Positions 1 through 10,004 of a DNA stretch of 64,000 nucleotides are shown piece by piece. How positions within the stretch are numbered: position 1 is the first letter of the stretch; every line of letters starts with the position of its first letter. The translations under genes and the position numbers were made by a program. The notes below the pieces were generated by a model. That model was not told the DNA's origin, made no database searches, and worked only from the letters and a program-made list of their open reading frames with translations. The DNA lies in the IMG/VR virus record IMGVR_UViG_3300044712_001255, positions 186,001 to 250,000 of that record; one strand, written 5' to 3'.

Positions 1-8
1 ATGAATCA

Positions 9-242
9 ATGTTTCTTGAACGTACAAGAATATGGGATCAATTTTTGTTTCCGTGGAATGGAAACGATCAATATGAACCCGGAGATCTTGTTTATCGACG
101 AGGCGATAGAAGATTGCTAGGACTTGTCATCTCGGTTGTCAATGAAGACATGACAATTTTGTGGAACAAACATAAACGCGGCGTAGGATTGCCTGTGCCT
201 GGCGTGTATGTAAATATCTTTTCCAACATAGTGCAATCGTGA
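9..242 (+). CDS. small SH3/KOW-like 'PGD' family protein (outlier copy)
   Basis: YEPGDLVY...LGLVISVV pattern as in the 13-26 kb array; start uncertain. Confidence 0.6.
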   Translation: MFLERTRIWDQFLFPWNGNDQYEPGDLVYRRGDRRLLGLVISVVNEDMTILWNKHKRGVGLPVPGVYVNIFSNIVQS

Positions 243-264
243 TCACCAAATGATACGGTGAATC

Positions 265-1215
265 ATGAGTTTAGGACTTTGTTGCCACTACCTGTCAGAG
301 GTTCCAAATAAACGTGGGACATATCAAAACATCCTCAAACAACGTGTGTTGCAATTGGGTCGGTGGCAGGCTGGCGCGTATAGCGAAAAGTACGTGCGAC
401 AGTTATACATCGACAATGTCAATACGTTGATTACGCAGTTGCCTGACATCTTCGAGCGTTACAAGGTATTTCGCTTTCCAAGTGGTATCTTTCCGCTTTA
501 CGATGTCGTGCCACGCGAGTGGTGGGACAATGGCGTTATTACCACGATGCTCAGCGTATTGGGTAACATTGTCAAAGCGCATGGTGTCCGCGCGACATTT
601 CATCCTGGACAATTTTGCTCTTTGACTTCTGACGATTCGCGTATCATTGCAAATTCTGTGCGCGAAATTAACCACCACGCGTGGATCTTTGATGAAATGA
701 AGTTGCCTGCCACGCCGTTTCACGCTATCAATGTGCATGGTGGAAAAAGTGATAGGCAGGAACGCCTTGCGTTCATGTTAGACACGCATTCTGTCGGTCT
801 TGATGAACATGAGTTATCATCCTCAGCGCGTGCTCGCATTACACTCGAAAATGATGAGTCATGTTACTCGGTTATTGATCTTCTTGAGATACACAAATTG
901 ACCGGCGTCCCAATTGTCTTTGACTCTCACCATCACACATTCAATGATGATGGAATTGACATGGATCTTGCTTCCAAAGCATGCAAGGCGACGTGGTTGC
1001 CAAGCGGTTGCAAGCCGCTTCAGCACATCAGTAACAGCGATCAATTGCTTTCTGAATCAGCGTCGTTTATCAAGCGTCGAGCCCACAGTGATTACATCTG
1101 GCACATTCCTGAATGCCAGAGAATTGACGTAGTTAATGATATGATTAGCCTCGACGTAGAATGCAAGATGAAGAATTTGGCTGTAGACGCCCTCCAGAGG
1201 CTGTTGACTGGATGA
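265..1215 (+). CDS. uvsE: UV damage endonuclease (UvsE/UVDE family, TIM barrel)
   Basis: Motifs LGLCC, FRFPSGIFPL, FHPGQFCSL, NVHGG, LENDE, FDSHHH, HSDYI, VECKMKNLAV. Confidence 0.9.
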   Translation: MSLGLCCHYLSEVPNKRGTYQNILKQRVLQLGRWQAGAYSEKYVRQLYIDNVNTLITQLPDIFERYKVFRFPSGIFPLYDVVPREWWDNGVITTMLSVLGNIVKAHGVRATFHPGQFCSLTSDDSRIIANSVREINHHAWIFDEMKLPATPFHAINVHGGKSDRQERLAFMLDTHSVGLDEHELSSSARARITLENDESCYSVIDLLEIHKLTGVPIVFDSHHHTFNDDGIDMDLASKACKATWLPSGCKPLQHISNSDQLLSESASFIKRRAHSDYIWHIPECQRIDVVNDMISLDVECKMKNLAVDALQRLLTG

Positions 1216-1256
1216 ACACAACGCTCTAAAGATAGGAAAGAAAAGGTACAATACTT

Positions 1257-1544
1257 ATGAATGCGATGTCAGCGACCCGCAACCCCGACGCAGCTTCTCT
1301 TGGTCCCAATCAGACGGAGTTTCAGATCTACGTTGGCAGTAGGTCGCTCTTGAAAGATGGGCTTCACAAGCTTCTAGACTTCACAGAACACAAGCTTCTT
1401 AGATATGCAGAGAATGTTTTTGGTACCGAGAAGTTGAACGTAATGGTCTTGATCACAGAATATCGCAAGGGAAATGTGGCAGTGTGTTGGAAGCACGGCA
1501 AGCCACACTACATCCAGGTGAAACGAGAGTCTACTGGTCGTTGA
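1257..1544 (+). CDS. hypothetical protein
   Basis: ORF between uvsE and groEL; TACAAT just upstream. Confidence 0.6.
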   Translation: MNAMSATRNPDAASLGPNQTEFQIYVGSRSLLKDGLHKLLDFTEHKLLRYAENVFGTEKLNVMVLITEYRKGNVAVCWKHGKPHYIQVKRESTGR

Positions 1545-1578
1545 GTACATTGATCTCAATGCGGTATAAGATTGCCGC

Positions 1579-3159
1579 ATGCTTGATGATTCAAAGTCAG
1601 ATAAGTCAACGCACGTCTTGTTTGGAGACGATGCAAAGAAAGCACTTTTAGCAGGCGCAGAGATTGTCGCCGAGGCTGTGGGTTGCACGATGGGTCCCCG
1701 CGGCAAGACAGTGTTGATTCAGCAACAGGGAAAGGCACCCGTCCTAACGAAGGACGGCGTCACCGTTGCACGATCCCTGCGTCTCAAAGATCCGGTGAAG
1801 CGCATGGGTGGCGACTTGCTTCGAGACGCAGCAACGCGCACCAATGAAGTCGCTGGTGATGGCACCACAACCGCCACAGTAATTTCGTATGCATTGATGC
1901 GCGAAAGTTACAAGCTGATCGCCGCTGGCGTTGATCCCATTGTGTTAGCAGATGACATCAAGAACGCATCAGAAGTTGCCCTGCGAACGTTGAAGGACGT
2001 TTCTCGCAAGGTTGAGACACGTGAAGACATTGAACACGTTGCGACAATCTCTGCGAATGGTGACTCTGAGATTGGCGCCATTATCGTTGATGCCCTAACG
2101 AAGGTGGGACGCGACGGCATAGTCACCGTCGAGGACGCTAAGGGCACACGCACGTCAATGGAACTCGTTGAGGGCCTGCAATTCGACAGAGGGTATCTTT
2201 CGCCATACTTTGTTACCAACAATGATCGTATGGTTGCGCAGTACTCAGATTGCCAAGTTCTTGTGACAGACAAGAAGCTGTCAACATTGAACGACCTCGT
2301 GCCCGTGTTGGAATACGTTCATCGGCAAGGGCAGTCGTTGCTCATCATAGCGGATGACATTGATGGTGATGCCTTACACGGGTTGGTGCTCAATAGAGTG
2401 AAGTCAAATCTGCGAGTCGTAGCTGTAAAGGCGCCAGGTATCGGTCCAGTGAAGGCACATATCCTAGAGGACATTGCGACTCTTGTGGGTGCACAGTTAA
2501 TCTCCGCCAAGAAGGGTACTGAGATGAAAGACGCTCCCACACTCTTGGGCACTGTGAAGAGGCTTACGGTGAGTGCAAAGGCAACCACACTTGTGGGCAC
2601 AGGAAAAACTCGAGAGGCTGTGGATGCCCGGATTGTTGACCTGCGAGCTCAGTTGGCAGACCCAACGCTCGATCCTGATGAGCGCAACTTGCTTGGTACT
2701 CGACTTGCCAGGCTCGCAGGTGGCGTCGCGGTAATCAAGGTCGGTGGAGCAACAGAACTTGAGATGGTTGAACGTCGCTATCGTATTGAAGATGCCCTGA
2801 ATGCTACGAGGGCAGCGATCGAAGAGGGATACGTTGCCGGTGGCGGAATCACGTTGATGCGAATTGCAGAGACGCTTGCCGTAGACGTGCCGTCGCTGTC
2901 TGCTGCTTGTATGGAACCACTGCGACGAATCTGTAACAATGGCGGTGTGAACTTTGACGTTGTTCGTCACAGGTGGAATGCGTTGAAGGACGCTTCACTT
3001 GGAATGGGATACAATGCAGCCACAGATGAAGTCGTGGACATGTACATGGCAGGCATCATCGACCCAGTGAAAGTGTCTAGAACAGCACTTGAAAATGCAG
3101 TGTCTGTTGCAATCGCATTTTTGACACTCGACGCAGCGATCTACGAAGACGAGGAATAA
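1579..3159 (+). CDS. groEL: group I chaperonin GroEL (phage-type, no GGM tail)
   Basis: TMGPRGKTV, TKDGVTVA, AGDGTTTAT, GLQFDRGYLSPYF, RLARLAGGVAVIKVG, IIDPVKV. Confidence 0.95.
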   Translation: MLDDSKSDKSTHVLFGDDAKKALLAGAEIVAEAVGCTMGPRGKTVLIQQQGKAPVLTKDGVTVARSLRLKDPVKRMGGDLLRDAATRTNEVAGDGTTTATVISYALMRESYKLIAAGVDPIVLADDIKNASEVALRTLKDVSRKVETREDIEHVATISANGDSEIGAIIVDALTKVGRDGIVTVEDAKGTRTSMELVEGLQFDRGYLSPYFVTNNDRMVAQYSDCQVLVTDKKLSTLNDLVPVLEYVHRQGQSLLIIADDIDGDALHGLVLNRVKSNLRVVAVKAPGIGPVKAHILEDIATLVGAQLISAKKGTEMKDAPTLLGTVKRLTVSAKATTLVGTGKTREAVDARIVDLRAQLADPTLDPDERNLLGTRLARLAGGVAVIKVGGATELEMVERRYRIEDALNATRAAIEEGYVAGGGITLMRIAETLAVDVPSLSAACMEPLRRICNNGGVNFDVVRHRWNALKDASLGMGYNAATDEVVDMYMAGIIDPVKVSRTALENAVSVAIAFLTLDAAIYEDEE

Positions 3160-3160
3160 T

Positions 3161-3706
3161 ATGGCACAGAAACCAACACAGGCAGATTACGACGCTCTCA
3201 TCGCGGCCATGCAGGCTGAATTTCCGGGATGGCAGGTTGTCAAGAAGTCTGAATCGCCTCTCATGCAATGGATTAGACGCATTTTATTCTTCAATAAGAC
3301 GTTCATGACAAATTTCGTGACGTCATTTGGATTTTGGATGTGGACGCCTACTATGTGGGAATCGTGGAGCCTATCGACAAAGTGTGAAATTATCCGCCAT
3401 GAGCGCGAGCATTTTCGTCAACAAAAGCGTTTAGGTTTTCCTATGTTTGCGTTTCAATACCTGTTGTGGCCTCTCCCGCTGTTTTACGCAAAGAGTCGAG
3501 CTGAGTTTGAAAAGCAAGGATATGCAGAAAGCATGCGTGCTACTGCCGAATACTTTGGAGTGCAAGAGCTTGAGGACGTGGAATACCGTGAATTTGTGAT
3601 TGGTTGCTTCACAGGCCCAGACTACGGATGGATGTGGCCGTTTAGGGACGACCTCGATAAGTGGTACGACGGCATTGTCGCCGATATCAAGAAGAAGAAC
3701 AAATGA
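3161..3706 (+). CDS. HExxH zincin-like putative metallopeptidase
   Basis: IIRHEREHFRQQ motif, downstream E (EKQGY). Confidence 0.5.
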   Translation: MAQKPTQADYDALIAAMQAEFPGWQVVKKSESPLMQWIRRILFFNKTFMTNFVTSFGFWMWTPTMWESWSLSTKCEIIRHEREHFRQQKRLGFPMFAFQYLLWPLPLFYAKSRAEFEKQGYAESMRATAEYFGVQELEDVEYREFVIGCFTGPDYGWMWPFRDDLDKWYDGIVADIKKKNK

Positions 3707-4158
3707 TTGAAGAGGACGCAGAGTATAAGTCTATTGATGGCGCTACGATCTATGTTTCTAGCATAGAGGTAGCTCTTACGCTGTTGCTTGCAAACATCGA
3801 TCATCTTGATCAAGTAATAAACAAGTACCAACGTGGAGAGATTGCACACCTTACGAATGAAGCGTTGGGAGCGTTTACTGGACGCAATACATGGGCAATC
3901 CTATACTCAGCGAAGCTCATTGAGCTTGTGTTGATGGCGGCCACAATTGGCGTGTGTTTCGTCATTGGATATAGCGCATTGACAACGTTGATGATTGGTG
4001 TTGCTGCAAATATTGCGTTTGCGTTGTTCGCTAGCCTTGCGTATCGAGGGTTTACGCTGTTGGCAAATCGTGCCAACGAAGCGCTTGTTAAGCGACTCGC
4101 AGAACTTAACAGGGGATACGTTATTCAGCTTAACGCATTGAAGTCAAAGGACAATTGA
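3703..4158 (+). CDS. hypothetical membrane protein (2 TM segments)
   Basis: Two hydrophobic stretches; ATGA overlap with upstream gene. Confidence 0.6.
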   Translation: MIEEDAEYKSIDGATIYVSSIEVALTLLLANIDHLDQVINKYQRGEIAHLTNEALGAFTGRNTWAILYSAKLIELVLMAATIGVCFVIGYSALTTLMIGVAANIAFALFASLAYRGFTLLANRANEALVKRLAELNRGYVIQLNALKSKDN

Positions 4159-4159
4159 T

Positions 4160-4492
4160 ATGGTGACACCTGGCGCGTTCAAACATCACGATGATGAATT
4201 GATCGAAGTTCTCACTCAACGCGTTGAAGCGCTTGAATTGATTATCGAAAACTTGTCTTCTTCAATAGAGAGACTGCAAGCACTATCAACTAAACATCAA
4301 CGTCAAGACATAGCTGATGCCGCTGCTGAATTGGGTACAGCTTTGCAGGACGTCAAGGGATTTCTGTACGTCGCGGTGACGAAGGATGTCATTATCATTT
4401 ATGCGACTCGCAAGACGTTGAAGGAAGCGCCCGCAGAGTGGCACGGGTATCCTGTTGAAGTGAAGAAGACGACGGCACCACGACCGGCGTAA
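4160..4492 (+). CDS. hypothetical protein
   Basis: Abuts upstream gene, same strand. Confidence 0.55.
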   Translation: MVTPGAFKHHDDELIEVLTQRVEALELIIENLSSSIERLQALSTKHQRQDIADAAAELGTALQDVKGFLYVAVTKDVIIIYATRKTLKEAPAEWHGYPVEVKKTTAPRPA

Positions 4493-4681
4493 CGCTTCTA
4501 ACGGGTGGAATATCCCAACGACGTTCACATGTGACCATGTACGTGCAGTCTGCGTCTACACGTGGACCTTCGCACACTACTGCGGGACCACACACGATAT
4601 GTCCTACGCAACCCACCGTGATGGCACATGTGAACGCAATGTGTAGAAAAGACAAACGCATATTAGGATGAAAGTGTAAAT

Positions 4682-5722
4682 ATGAAGTACGCGTCAAAGA
4701 ATGATTCATACAATTCACGTTTGCTCAAGAAGATTGCATACGCATGTAAGTTGCCATTTGATGCAAAAGTTTTTGGTGAGTCCAAGATACCTGCGTTCAA
4801 CACGTTTCCATTCAACCCAGAATCTAAGACGGGGTTGAAAGGCGCCCAACGTTGGGCAGTGTGCGGATGGCGCGACATCTTTAAGCACGGCGATGCAATT
4901 CCATACGACGTTGTGGACAATACGCCAATCAAACTTCGGTTGATAGATCTTGAAGTTCGAAATCGAGGTGGAAGAGCTTATAAGGTATTAGATGAGCAGA
5001 ATCGTATGTTTGATCTGCGTGAAGATCAACTTATTGATACGATTAAGCTTTTTGGTATTGGGCCCGGTGGCCACTTGAACGGCGTTTTTGTGTGGGGGAT
5101 TCAAGGATCACAGATCAAGCTCGTTGTTGTTGGTGGCACACTTTATCGCGCAATGGTTGAAGGTGCCAAACTAACTGACGCTGTAAAGACGAACGCAATC
5201 ACAGCGTCGCAGCTAAAGCTTAATCATGTTTATCAACGTCGTAATGGTGATAACGTTTTCTTCGCTGGCAAAGTGATTATGCCTTTTGAGAAGACGGTAT
5301 CTTATGCGTTTTTGGAGGCGCCTTCACTCGAGCTCCCAGAATGGGAGCAAGATGAGTCCGATCGCGAAAAGTATCGTAATATGTCGTGGCGCCAAAAGTG
5401 TGCGAGATCTCACACATTTAATTACGGTTTGAACGTGCTTGTCATAAAAGATCCAAAGTTCGTTGCGCATCTCGGTGAGTCAGATATTGATTGCCAAGAG
5501 CGTATCAATTCATACGATAAAGAAAAGGTAAGTTTCAACAATCATCGTACATGTTCTCATATCCTCGCAGAGGCTGCGTATGAAAAGCAATATGGCAAAC
5601 GACCTGCGATTTCACATGGATATCGATATACTGATTACTGGGACAAGTACAGTCGTCGTGAACAAGATATACAAGATTGGGCTATGAAATTCAACGCTCT
5701 TGTCGAATGGAAAAAGGAATAA
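4682..5722 (+). CDS. hypothetical protein (346 aa)
   Basis: Long ORF, no recognised motif. Confidence 0.7.
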   Translation: MKYASKNDSYNSRLLKKIAYACKLPFDAKVFGESKIPAFNTFPFNPESKTGLKGAQRWAVCGWRDIFKHGDAIPYDVVDNTPIKLRLIDLEVRNRGGRAYKVLDEQNRMFDLREDQLIDTIKLFGIGPGGHLNGVFVWGIQGSQIKLVVVGGTLYRAMVEGAKLTDAVKTNAITASQLKLNHVYQRRNGDNVFFAGKVIMPFEKTVSYAFLEAPSLELPEWEQDESDREKYRNMSWRQKCARSHTFNYGLNVLVIKDPKFVAHLGESDIDCQERINSYDKEKVSFNNHRTCSHILAEAAYEKQYGKRPAISHGYRYTDYWDKYSRREQDIQDWAMKFNALVEWKKE

Positions 5723-5726
5723 TTCT

Positions 5727-5987
5727 ATGATTGTAAAGGCTTGCGTTACGCTTGTGCTGTTGATAGTTTTCTCTGCCGTCAGCGCTGGGTTGACAACTTA
5801 TCTACAACCACTCGAAACCACGGCTGCGCTTTCGCAGGCCGCTGATGGTGCCTTGTATCAACAGACCAAGGATCTTGTTGGATGGGCACGCGTATGTCTG
5901 TATGTCATGTTTGCCGTTGCATTTTCTATGTTGTGGATCAGGGAAATAGACGCGCTCGTCAGTCGATTCTTCGGTATGTTCAAGTGA
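5727..5987 (+). CDS. small membrane protein (2 TM)
   Basis: Two hydrophobic helices; precedes SPFH gene. Confidence 0.6.
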   Translation: MIVKACVTLVLLIVFSAVSAGLTTYLQPLETTAALSQAADGALYQQTKDLVGWARVCLYVMFAVAFSMLWIREIDALVSRFFGMFK

Positions 5988-6001
5988 TCAAAGGAAACAA
6001 T

Positions 6002-6961
6002 ATGAATATGAACAAGTATGCTCTGGTTTTGCTCCCGTTTCTTCTCATCGCATGTGGGCCGGCGCCCATCAAGCCGCTAGAGAATGTGGGCCCCAACGAA
6101 ACTGCGTTTGTGATCCCGTTGGAAGGCGATGTGGCTGAACAGAAGAAGGTGAACAGCGTAGAGTATTTGAACTCCACGAAGGTGATGGCAAAGCGAATCG
6201 AAATCCCGATTCGTCAGCGTACGACGGGACGCGGTCCGGGCGCATATGAGTGGGTTCCCACTGTGCGGGTGATCAAGGTCGACAGGTCGCTTGTGACTCG
6301 TGAGTGGACGTCGATGGATCCAAAGTCTGTGACGGCCATCGCCGTAGAGTCATCTGAGTCAATCAACTTCCACGTTGGCGTCAACCTCACTGCCACAATC
6401 CTCGAGGAGGATGCTGCGACGTATCTGTATTACCACACCACTGCGACGCTCGCGGCCGTGATCGACACCAATGTGCGTGGCTTCCTACAGGGAGAGCTGT
6501 CGAAGGAGTTCGGCAGCCGGCCGCTTGAGAAGTGTAAGGAGGATAAGGGAACAATCTTCCTTGAGATTGAGAAGCGTGCGAAGGAACACTTCAAGAAGTA
6601 CGGCATCACGATTCAGTATGTTGGCAATGCAAATGGTCTGTCGTACGATGACCCGAAGATTCAGGATGCAATCAACGAGGTGGCATCTTCGCGTATGAAG
6701 GTGCAGGTTGCGATTCAGGAGAAGGCAGCTGCAGATGAGCGCAACAAGACGTTGCTTGCGTCTGCAGAGAATGAAACGAAGATCGCCCGAGAGTTTGAGA
6801 AGACTCTGACGGTTCGACAGGCGCAGTTCCAGATGCAGCTCGAAAAGATGAGGGCCGAAGCTATGATCGAGGCTGCAAAGCACCTCCCTGCGAACATCCT
6901 GCCCGCGGGTTCTGGATTGCTCATGGGTCTTGATGTTCCGAAGGTGCCGACGGCGAAGTGA
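6002..6961 (+). CDS. SPFH/Band-7 domain lipoprotein
   Basis: Lipobox LLIAC; SPFH-like core (FHVGVNLTATI, GITIQYVG) followed by coiled-coil. Confidence 0.7.
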   Translation: MNMNKYALVLLPFLLIACGPAPIKPLENVGPNETAFVIPLEGDVAEQKKVNSVEYLNSTKVMAKRIEIPIRQRTTGRGPGAYEWVPTVRVIKVDRSLVTREWTSMDPKSVTAIAVESSESINFHVGVNLTATILEEDAATYLYYHTTATLAAVIDTNVRGFLQGELSKEFGSRPLEKCKEDKGTIFLEIEKRAKEHFKKYGITIQYVGNANGLSYDDPKIQDAINEVASSRMKVQVAIQEKAAADERNKTLLASAENETKIAREFEKTLTVRQAQFQMQLEKMRAEAMIEAAKHLPANILPAGSGLLMGLDVPKVPTAK

Positions 6962-7266
6962 GACTTATGACTGACGAAGAACTTGCAGATGAGTTGATCG
7001 TTAGGTTGAATGGACTCATCGCCGCTCCTGTGGTGAATGATGCGCTTACTCGATTGATAGAGACACGTATCGACGTAGGCGATACGCTAGATGCTCATCC
7101 TACAATTCAAGTGAGCTCGTCTGGGTTGCTTGGCTTTCAAGGTATGTTAAATGGTATTGTGGGCGCAATGCCGGGTTGTTGCTATCGTCAGAGAGGATTT
7201 GGATTCATCACTGTAATCATGAACGATGAACGTACGCAAATAATCAGATTCGAAAGGACGAAGTGA
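6958..7266 (+). CDS. hypothetical protein
   Basis: GTGA overlap with SPFH gene. Confidence 0.55.
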   Translation: MRLMTDEELADELIVRLNGLIAAPVVNDALTRLIETRIDVGDTLDAHPTIQVSSSGLLGFQGMLNGIVGAMPGCCYRQRGFGFITVIMNDERTQIIRFERTK

Positions 7267-7464
7267 ATGTGTACTGAGGACAAAGACGTCATTGACGAAG
7301 CGATCGGCATCCTGAAGGGCGCGGCAAACTGCGACGGCGCCCACCACAAGCAGTACGACATCGTTCGAGCATTGAAGGTGTTGATGGGGCCACGTGATTT
7401 TGATCTATGGACAAAGCAATTGGAAAATGAGTACGATTGCGTCCTAGATGAAGGCATTCCATGA
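7267..7464 (+). CDS. hypothetical protein
   Basis: Abuts upstream gene. Confidence 0.55.
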   Translation: MCTEDKDVIDEAIGILKGAANCDGAHHKQYDIVRALKVLMGPRDFDLWTKQLENEYDCVLDEGIP

Positions 7465-7548
7465 ATTCTAGAATGCGTGGTTGAACCATTTGTTGGGTGG
7501 TGACAAAAATTGTTGATACACGAGACCCTGATTTGATAGATACTGGCC

Positions 7549-7749
7549 ATGCAAAATTTTTCAAATCTTGTATCTTATACGTGTCTGCTCGTCTTTGGAA
7601 CCATCATGCTCTACGCCTCTACGGTGGGATGTGAGTCTAACACTGCGTTTACCGCGGGAGGAGCCGCTGGTGCTTCTGGCATTGCAAGTGGTGCGGGAAT
7701 CGCTGGTGGATTGTCTGGCGGGGCTGGCGGCGGATTGAACGCTCGATAA
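7549..7749 (+). CDS. small Gly/Ala-rich putative lipoprotein
   Basis: Hydrophobic N-terminus, TVGC lipobox-like site, GGAAG repeats. Confidence 0.45.
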   Translation: MQNFSNLVSYTCLLVFGTIMLYASTVGCESNTAFTAGGAAGASGIASGAGIAGGLSGGAGGGLNAR

Positions 7750-7831
7750 GCAACAATCGATAGTAGTCGATAGATTGGATGGGTCAAGGAAACTTGACCC
7801 ATTCGTCGTTAATGGTGTACGATAGTTAAAG

Positions 7832-8110
7832 GTGTTGGCCAGTCAGAACATTGTACCGGGTGACTTTGTGCTCTTCTTGGAAGACTACTTCCAAGCCAGT
7901 GGAGTTGTCATCGCTGCACTGCACGCCAATCACGGCACATACAACGCAAGCTTACACACCCAATCATTGAAGAATTTGGGACCATTGCAGTACTACGTTC
8001 TTCCAGATGGAAAAGGCGCCTATGATGGTATCATCGGTCCCTTTTGGGCGGAGGAGCTTACCAAGGTATGTGATTCAGAGGTTCCAGACCCACCCGTGCC
8101 CATCCAATAA
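7832..8110 (+). CDS. 'PGD' family SH3-like protein (outlier)
   Basis: NIVPGDFVLF...GVVIAA. Confidence 0.55.
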   Translation: MLASQNIVPGDFVLFLEDYFQASGVVIAALHANHGTYNASLHTQSLKNLGPLQYYVLPDGKGAYDGIIGPFWAEELTKVCDSEVPDPPVPIQ

Positions 8111-8137
8111 ATTGGCCAGCCCGGTATAAGGTTACCC

Positions 8138-8389
8138 TCACTGGTCCGTGTCAATTATCCTGCGCCAATTGATCCATACTGCATGTTTATCGCATCGAAA
8201 TAATACAAGGCAGTTTGCCAGCAAGACGCGCAGGTGTACTCGCCTTTCAAATTCACGAACTTCTACGACAAGGCAACGGGCGCCTGGCTCAGTCCACAGT
8301 GGTCCAACGCCACTACGATTTATCATCGCCTTGCAGAAGACAAGGTAATCACCGGGAACCGGCAGATCGTCAGACATATGAACCATCAT
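8138..8389 (-). CDS. 'PGD' family SH3-like protein (outlier)
   Basis: PVPGDYLVF...CLVVEV. Confidence 0.55.
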   Translation of the reverse strand: MMVHMSDDLPVPGDYLVFCKAMINRSGVGPLWTEPGARCLVVEVREFERRVHLRVLLANCLVLFRCDKHAVWINWRRIIDTDQ

Positions 8390-8412
8390 ATACCTATTGT
8401 GAGAGAATTACC

Positions 8413-8631
8413 ATGAAGATCAAGTTGGGCGCACTACGCAAGATCATTAGAGAAGAACTTGAGAGCGACATCCAACGAATGGCTAAGGGCGGCGTAGAGC
8501 TCAAGCGGCCGGTGACAACGCCAGAAGAAGAGCAACGTACTGTGCCTGACTGCGATGACGAAGACCTCAAGTTGGGTGATGACATTCTTCATGATGATCC
8601 TGACGTTGTACAACCTGTCAGAGGTGGGTAG
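8413..8631 (+). CDS. hypothetical protein with MKxxLxxLRxIIREE N-terminal leader
   Basis: Starts MKIKLGALRKIIREELE. Confidence 0.65.
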   Translation: MKIKLGALRKIIREELESDIQRMAKGGVELKRPVTTPEEEQRTVPDCDDEDLKLGDDILHDDPDVVQPVRGG

Positions 8632-8659
8632 ATTATCCACAACAGGAAAAGGAAACTAA

Positions 8660-8884
8660 ATGGCAAGAGAAGAGAGAGACGATCGGATTGAGTTTGAAGG
8701 CATTGTTGACGAGGTTATGCCTGGAACGATGTTTCGAGTCAAAGTCTCAGACAATCACATGGTGCTTTGTACGTTGAGCGGAAAGATGCGCCAGCACAAG
8801 ATTCGCGTTTTGCTTGGTGACAGAGTTCGTATCGAAGTTAGCCCGTATGACCTTACGCGTGGGCGTTTGTCCCGGCGTCTATGA
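8660..8884 (+). CDS. infA: translation initiation factor IF-1
   Basis: [18 protein letters not shown]...[34 protein letters not shown]; SD-like AGGAAA upstream. Confidence 0.92.
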   Translation: MAREERDDRIEFEGIVDEVMPGTMFRVKVSDNHMVLCTLSGKMRQHKIRVLLGDRVRIEVSPYDLTRGRLSRRL

Positions 8885-9037
8885 GCATGTGGTCGAAATC
8901 TCGGCAGCTTGAGAGGCGAATACGAAAGTGTTCGCCTTGTCGTTGTTGGAGTTGCTCACCCATGTTGCGAAAAGAGACGTTCAACAAGAAGCGTCTGGCT
9001 TTGATGACGCCTGATAGAGAACTCGATACCTATCAAG

Positions 9038-9739
9038 GTGATACTCCTGAGAGAGTTTGTGAAGATGACGCTCGCGGAAGCCGGTGTCTCACTGAAACAG
9101 GCGACAAACCCTGACAACCCGCTTGGACTTGTCGTCAAAAATGATGGCACACAGCTCACGCTGGTGCTCTATAACCCATTTGCATTAGCAATCAAAGCAC
9201 AAAAGTGGGCGCAGGATGACATCTTTGGTGATCAAAATGAGCTGATGAAGCACGTTGTTGATCAGATCTTCATGAGCGAAAGCTTCCTTGGAGTCATCAA
9301 AGGGTACCTCACCGCCGTACCAAGCAAACAATTCCCTAGCGTTTGGGAAGTATCAGAATCATATGCCGTTGGAAAGCATGGGCCGCTTCTGTATGACATT
9401 GCCATGTCACAGCTCGGGTGGCTTACAAGCGACCATGAAGGTGATTCAAGCACAGACGCACAAGGCGTGTGGCAGTTTTATTTGAACAACAGGACAGATG
9501 TTGTTTCAAAACCGCTGGTTGCGCAACCCATATCTGCTGCTGATTATGCCTTCAAGGCGAAGCGTAAGGCAAACATCACACCATTGGTAACAGCTCATAA
9601 CAACGCAGCACAAAGTATTGCCACTGACATACGAAGTTCAAACCCACGCATAGGTGGAAACTTCAATGCAGATTTAGGTGAACTGTTGACACGTGGAGCA
9701 ATGAAACACTTTAGCGGTTATCGTCGCTCTGACTTCTGA
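9038..9739 (+). CDS. hypothetical protein, possible GNAT-like fold
   Basis: HGPLLYDIAM...SSTDAQGVWQFY resembles an acetyltransferase motif (weak); starts ILLREFVKMTLAE. Confidence 0.45.
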   Translation: MILLREFVKMTLAEAGVSLKQATNPDNPLGLVVKNDGTQLTLVLYNPFALAIKAQKWAQDDIFGDQNELMKHVVDQIFMSESFLGVIKGYLTAVPSKQFPSVWEVSESYAVGKHGPLLYDIAMSQLGWLTSDHEGDSSTDAQGVWQFYLNNRTDVVSKPLVAQPISAADYAFKAKRKANITPLVTAHNNAAQSIATDIRSSNPRIGGNFNADLGELLTRGAMKHFSGYRRSDF

Positions 9740-10004
9740 CGCCTCTGCATCATCCAGAACCCGACGTCAGCAAGTCGCTCAAAGAACCACGATACGATGC
9801 CAGGCAGCATATCGTTGACATGCAGGTAGTGCGACGCCTGTACGCTGAACCTTACGATGCTTGTACCAATCTGATTCCACATGCCAATATTGTAACCAGT
9901 GTTGGGGCAGAATACATATCTGCATGCTGACGATCCTTTTTAGAGCGATGGTTCATGCCGTCGACTCAGCCCCACACGTCGGAACAGTGAGGGCAACAGA
10001 CTCT

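Noticed and set aside
8881-9114. ORF overlapping infA and 9038
   Set aside because: Overlaps the better-supported 9038 gene and has no clear start signal.
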